64,000 bases of DNA from Styela clava (lineage: Eukaryota): contig NC_135252.1 in NCBI RefSeq assembly GCF_964204865.1, forward strand, positions 2,728,001 through 2,792,000, given 5' to 3'. Shown piece by piece: positions 26,704-40,252 of the stretch (positions are counted from its first letter, which is position 1; each line of letters starts with the position of its first letter). The notes under the pieces were generated by a model that saw nothing but the letters and a program-made list of their open reading frames with translations, was not told the DNA's origin and did no database searches. A program made the translations under genes and the position numbers.

Positions 26704-26905
26704 GCGGCGGTTGGGCTCATTGTGCTAAGCGTTAGGAATACGCTCGCCACCGCACCTCTGCGTGGGTTCGAATCCCATGCAGGGATGGTTATGTGAGAGA
26801 GGATTGCTGGAATCGTCGCAGGGTGGTTCACGTAACCGCTGGTCGGTTACGGTTTCATGCTTCCGAAAACAAATAACTGACTAACTAATCCCATACCCGA
26901 CATAG
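26704..26905 (+). mobile_element. tRNA-derived SINE (family A)
   Basis: A-box-like tgggctcattgtgctaagcg and canonical B box GGTTCGAATCC at ~26765; body repeated elsewhere in the window. Confidence 0.8.
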
Positions 26906-28935
26906 ATAAAACAATTTAAAAGATTCGAGGAATGATTGGGGTGATTGATATATGGACTCCTGGCGCACACTAGTCTCCAGGATATGGAAGGGAAAATTTG
27001 TGCTGGCCGGGAAGAAGTGAATGCGATAGAGTGATAGTGTTACCAGCGTCTATGATAATTCCCTGTTTATAGTTGTTTTGAGAATTTTACTGTACATTCA
27101 CGCTAATCAGCTTGACTTTTTATCAATTGTACCGTCTGTTTTGCTGATTGTGGAGTAGGAATAAACTTGAGATTGGTCTTGATCTGACAACCTACCTTCC
27201 ATGAGTAGCTTACCTGCAAGCCAAACCCCATACTTTTCGATTTTCATGTCAGATGAGATTTGAGAAAAGATTCTACGAGTTAGATTGCATTTAGGATGCG
27301 TGCTGGCCGTGCAATAACGAGCGACAAGTGACCTAATAAACTTACTAATATGGATCTTATGCACCAGAAAAGTAGCGAATGTGGTATGTAACTATGGATC
27401 TTTTATGGTTTGTGAGTCAAATCGAATCAGAAAATACGCTCTTGAGCAGGTCAACCTGCCTCAGAGAAATTCAAGATTACCAGGACAACTTCAGATTTTC
27501 ACCGGATTTCGGAATGTGTTTACCGATAGGGATTTGTTCAAAAAGAATTGTTTTAAAACAAATCAAGTTTTTTTGCCTGTTTTGTTCAAAATGGCTGTAC
27601 TATTTGATTTTTTTGTATTAAATAGGTTGAAGAAAAATGGATGTAAAAACTTGCCAAGCTTATTATTTGCAATAAATCCTTCAAAACGCCACAAATCTCG
27701 ATAATGGCTCATGCACACCTTCTCAAGCTGTAGTTCAGTGGTTGGCGCAGTAAGACGCAACCGATGAGCCATTACGTGAACGACCCTGCTGCGATAAAAA
27801 CATCTTGCGAAAATTGAAATGCGATCGAATGAATGAGTTTGGAGGACCTTGAAAAACTCACTTCAACCGTAAAAAACAAAGTATGCTAAGCATAAATTAC
27901 CCGAACAGTATTAACCGTAACAATGACTTCATTTTGTGAGAAAAATGTCAATACATGACCTCGAAATCCATATTATGGCTTCATAGCAGATTAGTTGTGG
28001 CGTCTATGCATCAGAGGACTATTACAATTGTCAATTAACGTAGGCTAGGTTAGGGTGTCTCATCGTTCATATTAGTAGATTACCGCCAATATAAGCATAT
28101 TCTGCATTATCGCAACCCACTCGTTTTGCCGAAGGGCTGCACTTGATCGAATTGCTTTTGTAGTAGGCTCGTGAGCTAATTTTCCTGATTTTTCTTACTC
28201 AAAACGTCTTTCTGATATCTCGGCTAAACATTCCGGGTAAAATCTTATGACTTTGGTGGAGATATAAAGTGGCGATAAATGTACGCAATAGCGGTAAAAG
28301 TCAAAATAAAAAATGTTACTTACATTTTCGAAATTATAATTCCGGCTGCGTGTGCAGCTGCCAGAATGCAACGTTTTGGTGTAGTTTCGCGGCGATGCAA
28401 GGGATATTTCAATAAAAAATACAGAAAAAATTTGATTTAAAACAAGCCCTTGTTTTAAAACACGATGTTTTTTTGAGAATTGATAAAAAACAAAACCCTA
28501 CTTACCGACAATATTGTTACAATTTCTCTGACTAAGATAAAACCGGTGTGTAGCGAATGTGGAATTTAACTATGCATTTTAGTGTTATTTTAACACCTTT
28601 GTATTAATAGCATATTGAATTCAGTTGAAATACGTCATTTTATCAATCTCCCTGATGGTGATTTATCGTAGCAAGGCTTTGCTCCTCATGCTTCTTTGTA
28701 TCGAGCGTTCTTCGTATCGACCAATCTGTGACGCGTTGCGACCTCCATTCGAGAGTTGAGAATAACGTGTTTTTCATGTTTTGCGCAATATTACTGATTT
28801 GGATTTCAACCTTGTAACTGATAAGACTCAAGCGTATATTTCAATATATATGTTTGAATTCAATTCGATCTTGAAACTTCACAATATACGAACATTGGCA
28901 TAACAATCTATTGTGTGCTTATTGACCTCTGAAGC

Positions 28936-29104
28936 AGTTGTGTGGTTCAAATTTTTTTGTCAGCCGGTTCCATCACAAAAGACGAATTTTTCAGCCGGTT
29001 CTGTTACAAACATAACATTGACGATAATCATTGAAGCTAACCGGTTCGCTGATCTCATAAAATTCCTTGAGTCGGTTCTATAGATCGGCTGAATCCCACC
29101 ACTG
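28936..29104. mobile_element. hAT-type MITE rich in AACCGG motifs; related copies at 42398-42550 and 52201-52369
   Basis: Ends cagttgtgtggttc ... gaatcccaccactg; internal ccggttcgctgatctcataaa shared (inverted) with the other copies. Confidence 0.7.
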
Positions 29105-30685
29105 CTCTGCTGAAGGAGTCAGTTGGGGCTTACTCCGCTAACGTACGTCTATTAGTAGTACGGGGGTAAGGGCACGTAGATAGGGGCATTCTCCCCTATA
29201 ATTCAGGGGAAATAATACAACAGTATTCGAACATATATATTAGATAATTCTACCACCAAGATCAATTGGACCTGCATATTTTGGGACCTCCAGAAGTATG
29301 TGCACCAAGATGCCGCACAACCTGAACATGATATGTGTACCAGGTTGGGGTTCAGGTTGTGCGCCAACTTGGTGCGCGTACCTCGGGAGCGTCTACTTTT
29401 GCCCCCATGAACAATTGCATCCGTGTACATTTGCACCCATGTACATCTGCACCCACAGATATTTGACGTGGGTGCAAATGTACAGGGTTGCAAATGTCTG
29501 TTTCTATTTTTTTCTATCTCCCAAATTTATTTTGTCTGCGTGATTGTATGTGTGTGTGTGCGTGTTTTAATTAACTTGATACTTTCGGGTAACACTTCTT
29601 TTGACAACACCTTTCAATCTGAAAACTGTACGTTTTAAACCTTACTTAGAGTTTTGTTCGCGTTCTTGAATCTGTAATCAGTTCTATTCATTTTGTTTTT
29701 ATTAATTATTTTATAGTCTTTTATGGAGTCAAAATATACTTATATAATTAAATTCACCCACAATGTGCCCTTTTATCCATTGTCGATTTCATACGAGCCC
29801 TATTAAAATTATTGCCACGAATTTATTCGGGATCGTGATGACATAAACTAATGCATGCTCAATCAATTATCTATTCTAAGTTATAAATTAACGGTATTCG
29901 CGAGTTTATGTTGAATCATTTGGGCGAGTTCATTACAGGATACATATTTTTCGCCAAAAAAAAAACTGCCCGTTTTGGATGGTTCGTCTGGAATACCGTT
30001 TCTAATTTTTCATTTCAACATTCTCGCATGTACAGCAGGTATGTTCAGCGCAGTGAGAAATTAAACTACTGATAGATCTTGAATTTGATGACACTGCGTT
30101 CGATTATGCCACGGGGAACTTTCAGTTTTTACTTCACCCGTCTTTTTATTTGCGATTCAAACCACATCGGGAAAAACAATATTAACATTCCTCATTGACA
30201 ATTTGAAACACGGGCCACGTGATTGCTGGACGCCATTGGTAATATTCATTTTATGCAAGCGTGTCGAGTTTTCCACATGTATGAAGTGATAAATATTTCC
30301 TGTTGCGACTGCTAACAAACAATTGTGAAGCTCGCATATATTGTATTCTCACGATTCCCCATTGCTTAAAAAACTTTTAATATACGCAGAAACAGTTGAT
30401 TTATTTTAAATATTCCTCTAAAATGCAAAAATCATGCCAAAACCTTTCCAAGAATGAACATTTCCATTCGTCACCAAAAGCCATATTAAAGCAGTTCGCT
30501 CCATTGCAATTTCAGATTCTATGTGAAATCTCTTCTTACATTACAATGATGTGATAGGTAGCAAAATGAAAAGTCAAACAACTTCTACACCGGCAAAGGT
30601 AGGTACGTGTAATGAATTTGTATAAAAAACAGGGTAATATACTACAATATCCTTTGGCAGTGCTTTTGTGTATACCTTTGGTACA

Positions 30686-33600
30686 TCACCTATCCGCATC
30701 AGCTTTATCCGTGGCTTCTCGCTTCTTTTCTTCCATAATCTCAATAAGCTTATCAGCATCTTCACTTGTTTTTACTCGAATCAGGAAAGCCACAACCTAC
30801 AATGAAGCAGAATACTTTATAATCTCCTGGTCACAGATATCGCTGTACTAAAAAAAGAGCAAACTACAGGGTAGGTACAGGGAATCCATAAATTCCTTAA
30901 GTACTCCTACAAAAATGCAGGAAATTCATTCAAACTTGAACTTCTGTTTGTGTATGATTGTGCTCAAAAATTTCAGTAATCTAGCTTAGCAAAAAAGTTG
31001 TATCCTCTCTGAAATATATACCCTTGACAAATATTCAGTGTCTGTCTGAAATACTCTTATCTGGTTCATGCATAGCAATTGGTGTAAGATGATCTAACCA
31101 AGGGGATGGCATGGTCATTTCGAGAGAAATATATTATATTCGAAGCAAGATCATGAATGTTTGCAATACTCTTTCAGTCTTTTGAAAAATACTGTTCGAG
31201 TTTATCAGCTTATTAACCAATTATTCAAACCATTTTTTCCAGTCAGTCATGGCATTTAGTTTACCGAAGATATTGCATTAGGAGATACCTGAAATGTAGT
31301 ACAAGACAGAATGCTCTAGGCAAAATTATTTTTTCTTATAAGAAAATTTAAAGCTCACCTTGTCCTTTTCTTTTTCATTAATTGGAGGATTAGGAATACA
31401 CATTATCAATACATTATTTTTTCCTTGCTTTTTAACTGGAATTGCAGGAATAAGGTGAATGTTAAGCAAGATCTGACTTATTGCAGTATCAGCTCTGATG
31501 ACTAATTGTGTTTTGTCTCCAGATGGCTTTAGATAAAGTTGTCCAACACCCTTGTCAGCATAAGCACCTTCCTTTTTATAGTAAAGTTTGCACCTGTAGG
31601 AATGAATTGGAATACTTCTTCATTTAACTCTATGATAGGCTGTTATCCCTATAAGGCCCCCCAACAACATTTCGAAAACTGCACCTGATAGAGTAGAAAG
31701 CTTCTGGATCCGCAACAACATTACTTTCGGGTTTTGGTGGAACATATTCCTCTTCGTCTTTACCCTGTAAAAACAATCAACATATCTCTCATCCATAAGA
31801 ACAATTTTATTCTAAAAACACTGACTAGATCTCAAACAGAATTTACCTGCCCGGACGCTTGCTTGGTTGAGCCTCCTGAACCGACCATGGATGAACTAAA
31901 TGAAAATCCCGGAAATGCAGTTGTTTTTGAAACATTAAATCCTTTGAAAGGTGAAGAAGTTGTTGTGGAAGTTTGAAATCCCGAGAATAATGGTTTACTG
32001 ACTGGAGCATCAGTTTTAGAGTTAATTTCAATTGGTTTTGGCTCTTCTGTTTTGCTACCAAACCCAGTCAGAGAAAACTTTGGTTTGTCAGAAACGCTTG
32101 AAGTTAGAGAAGAATTTTGAGAAGACTTTAGAGAAACTGTCTCTTGTGAATCTGATACTTGGAATGAATTTTGCCTGGAAGAAATATAGTTCAATCAATA
32201 ATTACTGCAGGGTATTTTTCGTACAAAAGACATAATCAATGTGATTGTATTAAATAAATGTGGAATAATAGTGCATTGAACTATTTTTTCAATCGATTAA
32301 GTCCATCTCCAAATAATGGCAAGAAATTTTATGAGATTTTAACTATTGAACAGACCGAGATCACAAAAACTTTTACCAATTTGTTTTTGCTGTAATTTAT
32401 AAACAATGTTCGAAATTTAATGTAACATACTTAAAACCGTAAAGCATTTCTTATTAATTCAGCAAAGAATAGCATAAGCCATAAAGGGTACATTACTTAC
32501 GATGAACCTTCATTGTCTGAATGTCCATACTTGTCATCTATTTCAGATAAATATTTTTTATAATCCAGAAAAATAGGAGTGAGATCGCACAATGGATTCT
32601 TTTCCACATGATTCTGAAATTAATAATAGGTTACCAAAAACTTCTCGAAACAAACTATTTTCACATTTATGAATCAATTGGAACTGAGTGGCTCATAATG
32701 GATCAGATCAACAAAATTTTATAAAATAGACATTGATTCGTTACTGACTAAATTGTACAACTAAATTTTCTATTCTAGCATTCAAATAAAAATTGCTCCT
32801 AACAAAATATATTTTGCGATTGATAGGATACCTTTATCCATTCACTAACACTTCGATTCAAAGCACTGAGCTGCCTGTTGTATTCTCTTGAGTTTTGTGT
32901 TGTATCATCATCACTCGACTTTATTTCAATAGTTTTTGAAGTTGTACTATCCGCGGCTAAAGTCAAAATTAAGCTCAGATAAAATGAAAACATTGTTATA
33001 ATACCACTGAAAAATATTAAAAAGGCATTAAACTTGGGACCTTTGAATAAGAATTAGTTTCAAATCGTGCTAGCCCAGATATGTTTGAAGTCACAGGCTG
33101 AAGATTTCGAGTTTAAACTCCAAGTGCACATCTAAAGTGTAATATATTAAGTAAAGTCAGACAGTATACCAAACTAAATATCATAATCCTCATGAAACAG
33201 TAGCTTCTACATGGTTGTGACTTGTGAATGCTGGTTTATAGCCTTGTTCACAGTTTGGGTGCTGAATATTCAGTAAAAAAAATATTTACTTTTGGATTCT
33301 AACGTCCTAGTAGATGATTTATCCCCTGATGAAGATTGAATAGTTGGCTGAGTTGCAGCTGATCCACTGGATCCAGTAGATTGAAACATTGAAAACGGTT
33401 TCATTTGAGAAACATTGCTTCCATTTCCAGAAGTTGGTAGATTGAAACCACCGAACGAAGGTTTGGTACTATTTGTTGGGGCTTTCAATCCACCAAAACC
33501 AGAAAATGCCGAGGCTGTCTGAAATAAATCCAATTTGACAAATCTTATTCAGACATAATAAGAATATAGTAAAATCTATGCTCTACCTGACTATAAAACA

Positions 33601-36600
33601 TATTAAAAAGAAATCGATAAAATAGAGAGAGATATAATAATTATGTATGCGTGAAATAATTAAACACTTTTAGGTGACCACGGACCACTTCCAAATTTAA
33701 ATACTGTATAAGACTATCAGTGTATGCTTTAAATCAGAGGAGTGCAATATCCAGCCCGTCGAACATGTTTGGCACGTTAAAGACTTTATTATCCATTATT
33801 ATTATTTTAGGAAGCTTTATTTATAGGAATTTGAAAAATTATCCATACAAAAAGTAATCTCGATGCCACTTTGATATATCATCTCACTTGCTTAATGTGA
33901 TCTCAATCGTATACCAAAGTGGCAATAATTGTGGTGGCACTTCGGCATGCGTTTTATCTCATTAAGATATTCTCATCGAATTCGATTTCTAACCCTAACT
34001 AAAATCACACTACTAAGATCGCATACCAAAGTAGCACGGAAATCTTTTTTTTGCTAATGTTAGCTCAACTTCAAGTTGCTAGAAACTAATAGGTTGTTCG
34101 ATGGTCTGGCCCTCAAGTGTCGCCAAATTTTTTTGTTTTGACCCATTGCGATAAACCTTACTTTAGTTTTTGTCAGTTTGCATGCTCACCTGTAATCAAT
34201 TTTTATTTATACAGTTAGAGACTAAGTTTTTATAAATTATTTTATTGTCTGATTATGAAGTCATCTTGCCGTCTTGATTATGAAGTCGAAATAAGCTTAA
34301 CAATACTTAGGGTGGAGATCAAAAAGGTAGTTTAACCTCGAATCAGAGTTTAACTTTGGATCGGCGGTTTAGGTCCGGATCAAAAAGGTGGTTTAACTTT
34401 CTGTGACGTAAATCTCGACTTAAAATCGGCGATTTTTTAAACCTGGTCTGGAGGTGGTTTAACTCGGTTTGTCCAGTGCATTTGGATTGCGGCGTTTGTC
34501 GTGTTGGATGTTATCGCTTACCGTACAATCTATATTGTATTCTGGGGCGACAAAAGGAGTAGCAGGGAGCTCTGTACAAGCGTCACGACGAATAAATAAT
34601 TGTATACCTGTACCACGAGGCTGCGATATGTAGCATTCGCGGTGGTACCTGTGCTGTACCTAGTACCTACCGTACTACGCCCGAACAAAATTATTTACAA
34701 CGTGGAATGGGGCTATACTATAATAAATCTAGTAAGGTAAATACATACCCAGCGTATTGATACATTTCTGTAGGCTATTTGCGTTTTTTAATTTTCTTAG
34801 CAGTTTTTGTGAAGATTTATTTTAACTTAGATTGTAGACTACAGTTATACCAGTAGCCTATTGCTATATGGGTTCTTGTCATAAACAGACATAGGGCCCA
34901 GTATTTTAGTACAGTTTCGTTGATAAGCAGTTGCGCAGTGGTACCGTCGAACAGATACTCCTAGTCCTAATACAGTAATATAAACTTCAAAATGTTTTAA
35001 CAAAAATGATATATTTTCAGATATTTAGATCTACCAGTGCCCAAAAGATTCCTTTTAATTATATTTTGTGTATGAGCAGAACTAAGATTTACCTACGATA
35101 TCCATGTATCACTACTGCACTGTGCCCCGGTGTATGTATCTTGTCATCGGCTAATTCACAAGTCTGCAAGTTCCCGAAGTAGATAGCAGAAGGTTGACTG
35201 GATATTTTGATGTACACCAATGTAAAATCATATTGCATGTTATTGGTATGCTGTTTGCACAGATGTACGATATTTATGGTATTAATGATTCTGACTCTTG
35301 CTATATAAAATGAAACTAGAATATTGAAGTACCGTGACCATGAATTTCACCAAATGCTAGATTGCAGAAATGAGTATATTGATAACTATATATTGCCAAT
35401 AACTTATCATGAATGCAAAGGTTCATGCTATCATAACATTTCTTTAATGTAACATTGTTTTCTGATTTTTCATTTATTTCTACAGCTGTTTCAAATCAAG
35501 TAAACTGTCTGAGTGCCATGATGATGATCAATTTCATCAGCTCTATTGGTAGAGCAAATTTGTGAGTTTGTCACTATTTAAATGTCATATTATTTGTATG
35601 TAAACTGTCCTAAATTCACGTTCGTATCAGCTTCTTTAGTATCAGCTGTTAAATGAAAATTATTTTTAGTTTGTGTGTATAATCTGTATTATTCGTATAA
35701 TGTGAGGATGGTGACCGTACATTTGAACCCATGTACATTTGAACCCATGCGTCTATCCACGGGTTCAATCTATATGCGGGTGCTAAAACCCATGGGTTAG
35801 GGTTAGTATGGGTTTAACTATCCGTGAAACAAAAAAAATTCCATAGGTGCAATAGCATACAGGTGCAATTGTCATGGGTTCAAATGTACGTGGGTTCAAA
35901 TGTAATGGAACCTGTGAGGATACTTTCATCAAGGTAAATTTCTTATTGGTATTGTCCCAGATATGTTCAAGTAACCGAGATGTGACAAACTTTTCAAAAT
36001 CATTCCCATTAGTCATTTCTTGTTACATGCAGGCAAAACTAGTGTCACATGATTTTAGAGTAGAGCAAAGTTGTTCGACATGCAATCACAATCGAAGACA
36101 AAAGAGCCTTCATTTAATATCTGAAAACTAAAAATACTCTACTGTTTTACTTTTCCAAATTCATATAATTAAATATACATTGGATTTTATGTAATTCAAA
36201 AATATCATTTCAGAATACAAAAAAATCTGTACAAATTCGAATACAAATTATTCGGTTTTAGTCATTGCCTAGGTCGAATTTGGTTCTTTAATATCTAGCG
36301 CACTTCATCAATATACTATCTTTAACCCTGTATTTTCATTTATACTGTTCAGGTCATGAAGACAAACAACTGTTATGGATAGGATTATAGTAAAAGTGTT
36401 GTCAAGTCAAGATTGCAGCAGTGCTTTATTTTACGACTTCGTGTCCAACAAATATGTGGAACCCGCCTTTGTGTCCAACAAATATGTGGAACCCGGTTAA
36501 CTTAAGCTTAACAAACAAATTATTCTTGCATGCTAAAACATTTGAAGCAAAAGTAATTATGTCGATTTTTCGTCACTTGGCGAGTCTTTCGCAGAAGAAA

Positions 36601-38265
36601 TAAATAAAACTTTTAAATAGCAACGAAAGCAACAACTATGATTGCACCTGTGTCTGTGTGCATCTGTCTCAAAGCTGTAGAGCCAGGATAAAATTTAGCA
36701 CCTCTTCCGAATTGATTCTATACTTTTTCCATTTCTTGAATGTCAGTACATTTTAGCAGTCATTTGAACAAATGAATATTAGTTATTTTTGCAATACAAA
36801 TTTTCAAAATAATATTATGTTAAATATGTAGAAGCCTGTGGCCCAGAACTTGCCAGGGATAGGTTTTCAGCTGAAGTGTGTTCATTTCGTCTGTTTTCAC
36901 TCTAAGTAGGATGTGGGTTCTATAATTGAAGTCTGTTTGTTGTTACGCTGAGGTTTAGGAGAAAATGTTAGATTCAATTGGTGTTGTAGACCAGGGTCGT
37001 CCAACTCGTGGCCATCGGGCCATATGTAGAAGCATTTCTAGGTGTTTGCAAAAATAGCCTGTCAAGACAGACCATAACTCGTCTTGTTGAAGAGCTTGGG
37101 AATTCTATCGCGAGAATTTTAATCGCAAAAGCGGGATATTTTTTATTGTATTCCTTGGCGCTTGAGGAAGCGCTGACATTAAGTTTACTGCTCAGTTGGT
37201 GACTTGCTATCTTTTTGCGGGTAGTTAATGATGATATAAAATTACCGTGGAGACCGCAGCCATTGCCCCTGTTAAGGGTTTGACTAGAAGCATTGATTTG
37301 TTCGACAGCTGTGATAAAAATGATTAAGCGTCTTGTCTTTGGCTAAACTTTCGGGAATAACCACTGATGATGACCCGTCAATGTTTGGAAAACAACAGTT
37401 TTATTGTTCTAATAATTGTGAAAAATCGATGTGAGGGTATTTTTTTATTATTAACCTGTAGTAGTGTAGCAAAACTAGATCATAACTAACATGTCAATTG
37501 GCCCGCGCAATTATTAATGAATTACATGTGGCCCTTAGACCAAAATGGTTAGCCGACCCTGTTGTAGTTGTAGACTGTACCAGTAGTGGGAAGAATTCTA
37601 TTTATGATAAAGTGTTATTATTTCGATATTTCGTGTGATGCGCGTCAGCTCTTCGTAGTTCTACCGCCCAGATTGTTTTGCTTCGGCAATATCAACGAAA
37701 TACATCAAAAACCGACTTTGCAAAGACAGCAAATTACAACAAAATTGGGTTCGCGTTGTCATCGCCATGGGAATACGGGGTCAAAGAGCAACATGCCACG
37801 ACGTTTTAATGAAATGCCTCGTGGCGTCGGACTTAAACCACGATTAGTTAAGTAACCGCTAAACTAGGTTTTTGATCACCGGTTAACTATCGAAGTTAAA
37901 CCGAGTTTAACTAACCCGAGATTAGTCTTAATCCAAGTTTAAGTTAAGTGAGGTTTTTGATCTCCACCCTTAAACTAGGCTATAATAGAGTAAAATGATA
38001 AAATTAGTCTACTGAATTATTATGTTATCCTGGTTTAGCATAACTATACAACACAACACCATTTAGTAATTATTCTGTTATTTGCAACACTCACCGATTG
38101 TTGACTGCTACCAACAATCCTACGCTTTGCTTTTCGAATAACACGGGTTTGCAAAACATCATTATCCGCTGTCTTGAATGTTCCAGAGTTATCGTCATCA
38201 TCAACCTCATCTTCCTTGTCCCAATTTTGGTCTGTTAAGTATTTATCAGCGACACGCTTCGACAT
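30686..38265 (-). CDS. NUP50: Nucleoporin NUP50 (importin-alpha-binding N-terminus, FG region, Ran-binding domain)
   Basis: Exons 38265-38095 (MSKRVADKYLTDQNWDKED...VIRKAKRR), 33518-33290, 32956-32832, 32613-32501, 32174-31847, 31764-31685, 31593-31359 (CKLYYKKEGAYADKGVGQLYLK), 30796-30686 (LIRVKTSEDADKL...TGA); all GT-AG. Confidence 0.95.
35710..35912. mobile_element. GGGTTAGGG-containing MITE nested in the Harbinger element
   Basis: Clear similarity to 6401-6609; inverted ACATTTGAACCC / GGGTTCAAATGT motifs. Confidence 0.75.
36992..37561 (+). mobile_element. Charlie/Buster-type hAT derivative with a decayed transposase fragment, nested in the Harbinger element
   Basis: Ends cagggtcgtccaac ... 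gttagccgaccctg; ttgtag on both flanks; translation SLSRQTITRLVEELG...YSLALEE resembles the Buster SLSRxTVxRRI...FSLALDES block. Confidence 0.75.
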
Positions 38266-39950
38266 CGTGGCGCTAGACCTAGTTCACTCATTCACGAATC
38301 GCAGAATTGAGCAAGTAACGTGCAAGTGACCAAAATAACCCTGCTGAGGAACGAAATACTGTATCTTCAATAAGGCACATATATGAGGCACATCTGGCTT
38401 CTAGTGGAGGCATATGCCACGAGAATATCGAGGCATCTAAAAAAGTTCGAAATCACTATCGGGACAATAAAAGAATAAATTCATTTTATATTTTGTAAGT
38501 CTTAGTTTCATATAACGTTAGGCCTATTTGTAAATATTAGAGTAGGATAAAGTAAATATATAGTTTAAATTAAAAGTAACACTACCTGTGAATGCGTGGT
38601 TGAGGAATGATTCTTCAAAATTCTTGCCACAAAATAACTTCGGGACGCGTTTATTGTAATAATAAATTTAAATATAAATAGAAAAAAATCGGCATTGATT
38701 GAAGAAAATTTGTATTGTGATAAATGAAAAATTTAATTTTTCAACAAAACTATATCTTTGTAATGTTAGCAATAAACTAAAGCCTTCAATTCGTATTTTT
38801 ACCGACTGTGGTTCTGTGCATTCACATGGCATTCGTTCTGCTTCCAAAGGAGCGTTTTTCAATCCTCGAATAAACTCAAATTTAGCTCAATATTTAATCA
38901 GAATCATTGGGCTCAAAATTTGAAATGATATTCCTGACATTTTCAAAACCTTCTCTTATAAAAAATTTAAATCTGAGTTCATGAAACAAATCATATCCAA
39001 ATATTAATTATGAAGGCAAATCTATTTTCAAATGGATACTGGTGTGGATATGTCATGTATAAGAGTGTATTTATACCTGGTTCTCCCCAGTTTGAAAATA
39101 TTTGTGCCATGTACATGTCCAACCGTATACTCTTTAATCTACCAATATTTTCATTTTTATCAAAATTTTAAAACCTACATCTCTAAATTGTGTAGAATAT
39201 CGTATTATAATATACAGTATTGTAAAAATATATTCACAGTTTTCTTCCTTGCCAAACCATGATTAGACATTTCATAATATTGCACGCTTAATTTTTACGC
39301 ATGGTACCGCTTACATTTACATGGTGGATGTTTTATCTATGACTTCCCTGGTGTGTAACGTTATCTATGACTTAACTGGGATGTGCGTATGATTGCAACC
39401 TAACAATTGTACTGCCCAAGTAAACACTAGTTTACTAAATTTTGCTTCAAATTTCAAAACAGATCCGGCCCGTGGAGTAATAATAATCCAGCCCTCGACG
39501 CTTCACTGAATTTAAGTAACAAAACGGCTGTTATGACGGTTATATTTTTTACGTAACAGAATTTATTGTGAGACACGTGTAGGCTAAACTAAATTATATT
39601 ATACCCTAACAAGTATATATTCCACAAAACCTCGTTTAATGAGCTTATAGACGAATGGCAACAAAACGCAAAGTTGATGCTAAGTGCAAAGGGTTCAATG
39701 GCGCTGAAAATATTCGAATGAAATTTTTTCGGATGCAATGCAATGATGAAATCAATCTATATTCAATTCGAGAAATGTATTCCTTCTTGATTTCATTTTT
39801 TATCGTGAAAAGTATCATTCGTTCGTTTTTTCAACTTTCTGAAAATAGCGAGCGCGCGACAAAAGGTTGCCGACCCCTGCCAGGGTGGTCGCTAGAAAAG
39901 CAGGAAATTTGAAGGTCAGATGAGATTACGAATAAAATGCGTGCTAACTC

Positions 39951-40252
39951 ATTACGTATCGATTTTAATAGGTAAGTATGTTGATAGGTATTTGTTTGTC
40001 TGTATGTCTGTCTGTTAGATGCACGCGATATCTCACAAAAGCGAGATTGAATCTGCACCAGATTTTGCATGTGCATTCATCATATGTCGTACCAGAAGCC
40101 TATTGATTTTGGATGAATTATGTCGTATAATTTGCGAGTTATTAATTAATTAGTGATGGGACGCAAGGCGTCACTATGAAGTAAGAGCGCTGTTTTGGGG
40201 GTACCCTAACTTTCGATCGATAAGTCTTCGGTCTCTGACCGATATTCTCGTT
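39951..40252 (+). mobile_element. HINE/DINE-1-like (Helentron-associated) element
   Basis: Same family as 45935-46322: (TGTC)n microsatellite, 3' gatcgataag, and tcggt...accga hairpin. Confidence 0.7.

Larger units (their letters stand above)
34310..37969. mobile_element. PIF/Harbinger-type non-autonomous element (3.66 kb) in NUP50 intron 1
   Basis: 16-bp TIR GGGTGGAGATCAAAAA; 3-bp TTA TSD (34307-34309, 37970-37972); GTTTAAC subterminal repeats. Confidence 0.88.

Noticed and set aside
26704-26780. tRNA gene
   Set aside because: A/B boxes continue into a body repeated elsewhere in the window and no convincing cloverleaf is seen; it is a SINE head.
26930-27370. Possible coding fragment (retroelement or viral) after the SINE
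   Set aside because: Composition looks coding-like but I recognise no motif; needs tBLASTx.
28470-28580. piggyBac-like C-terminal cysteine cluster (…CSECGI*LC)
   Set aside because: Too short and degenerate; no TTAA-flanked TIRs identified.
4049-38265. Conserved synteny of HIRA and NUP50 (both on human chromosome 22)
   Set aside because: They are far apart in human (22q11 versus 22q13); no evidence for conserved microsynteny without comparative data.
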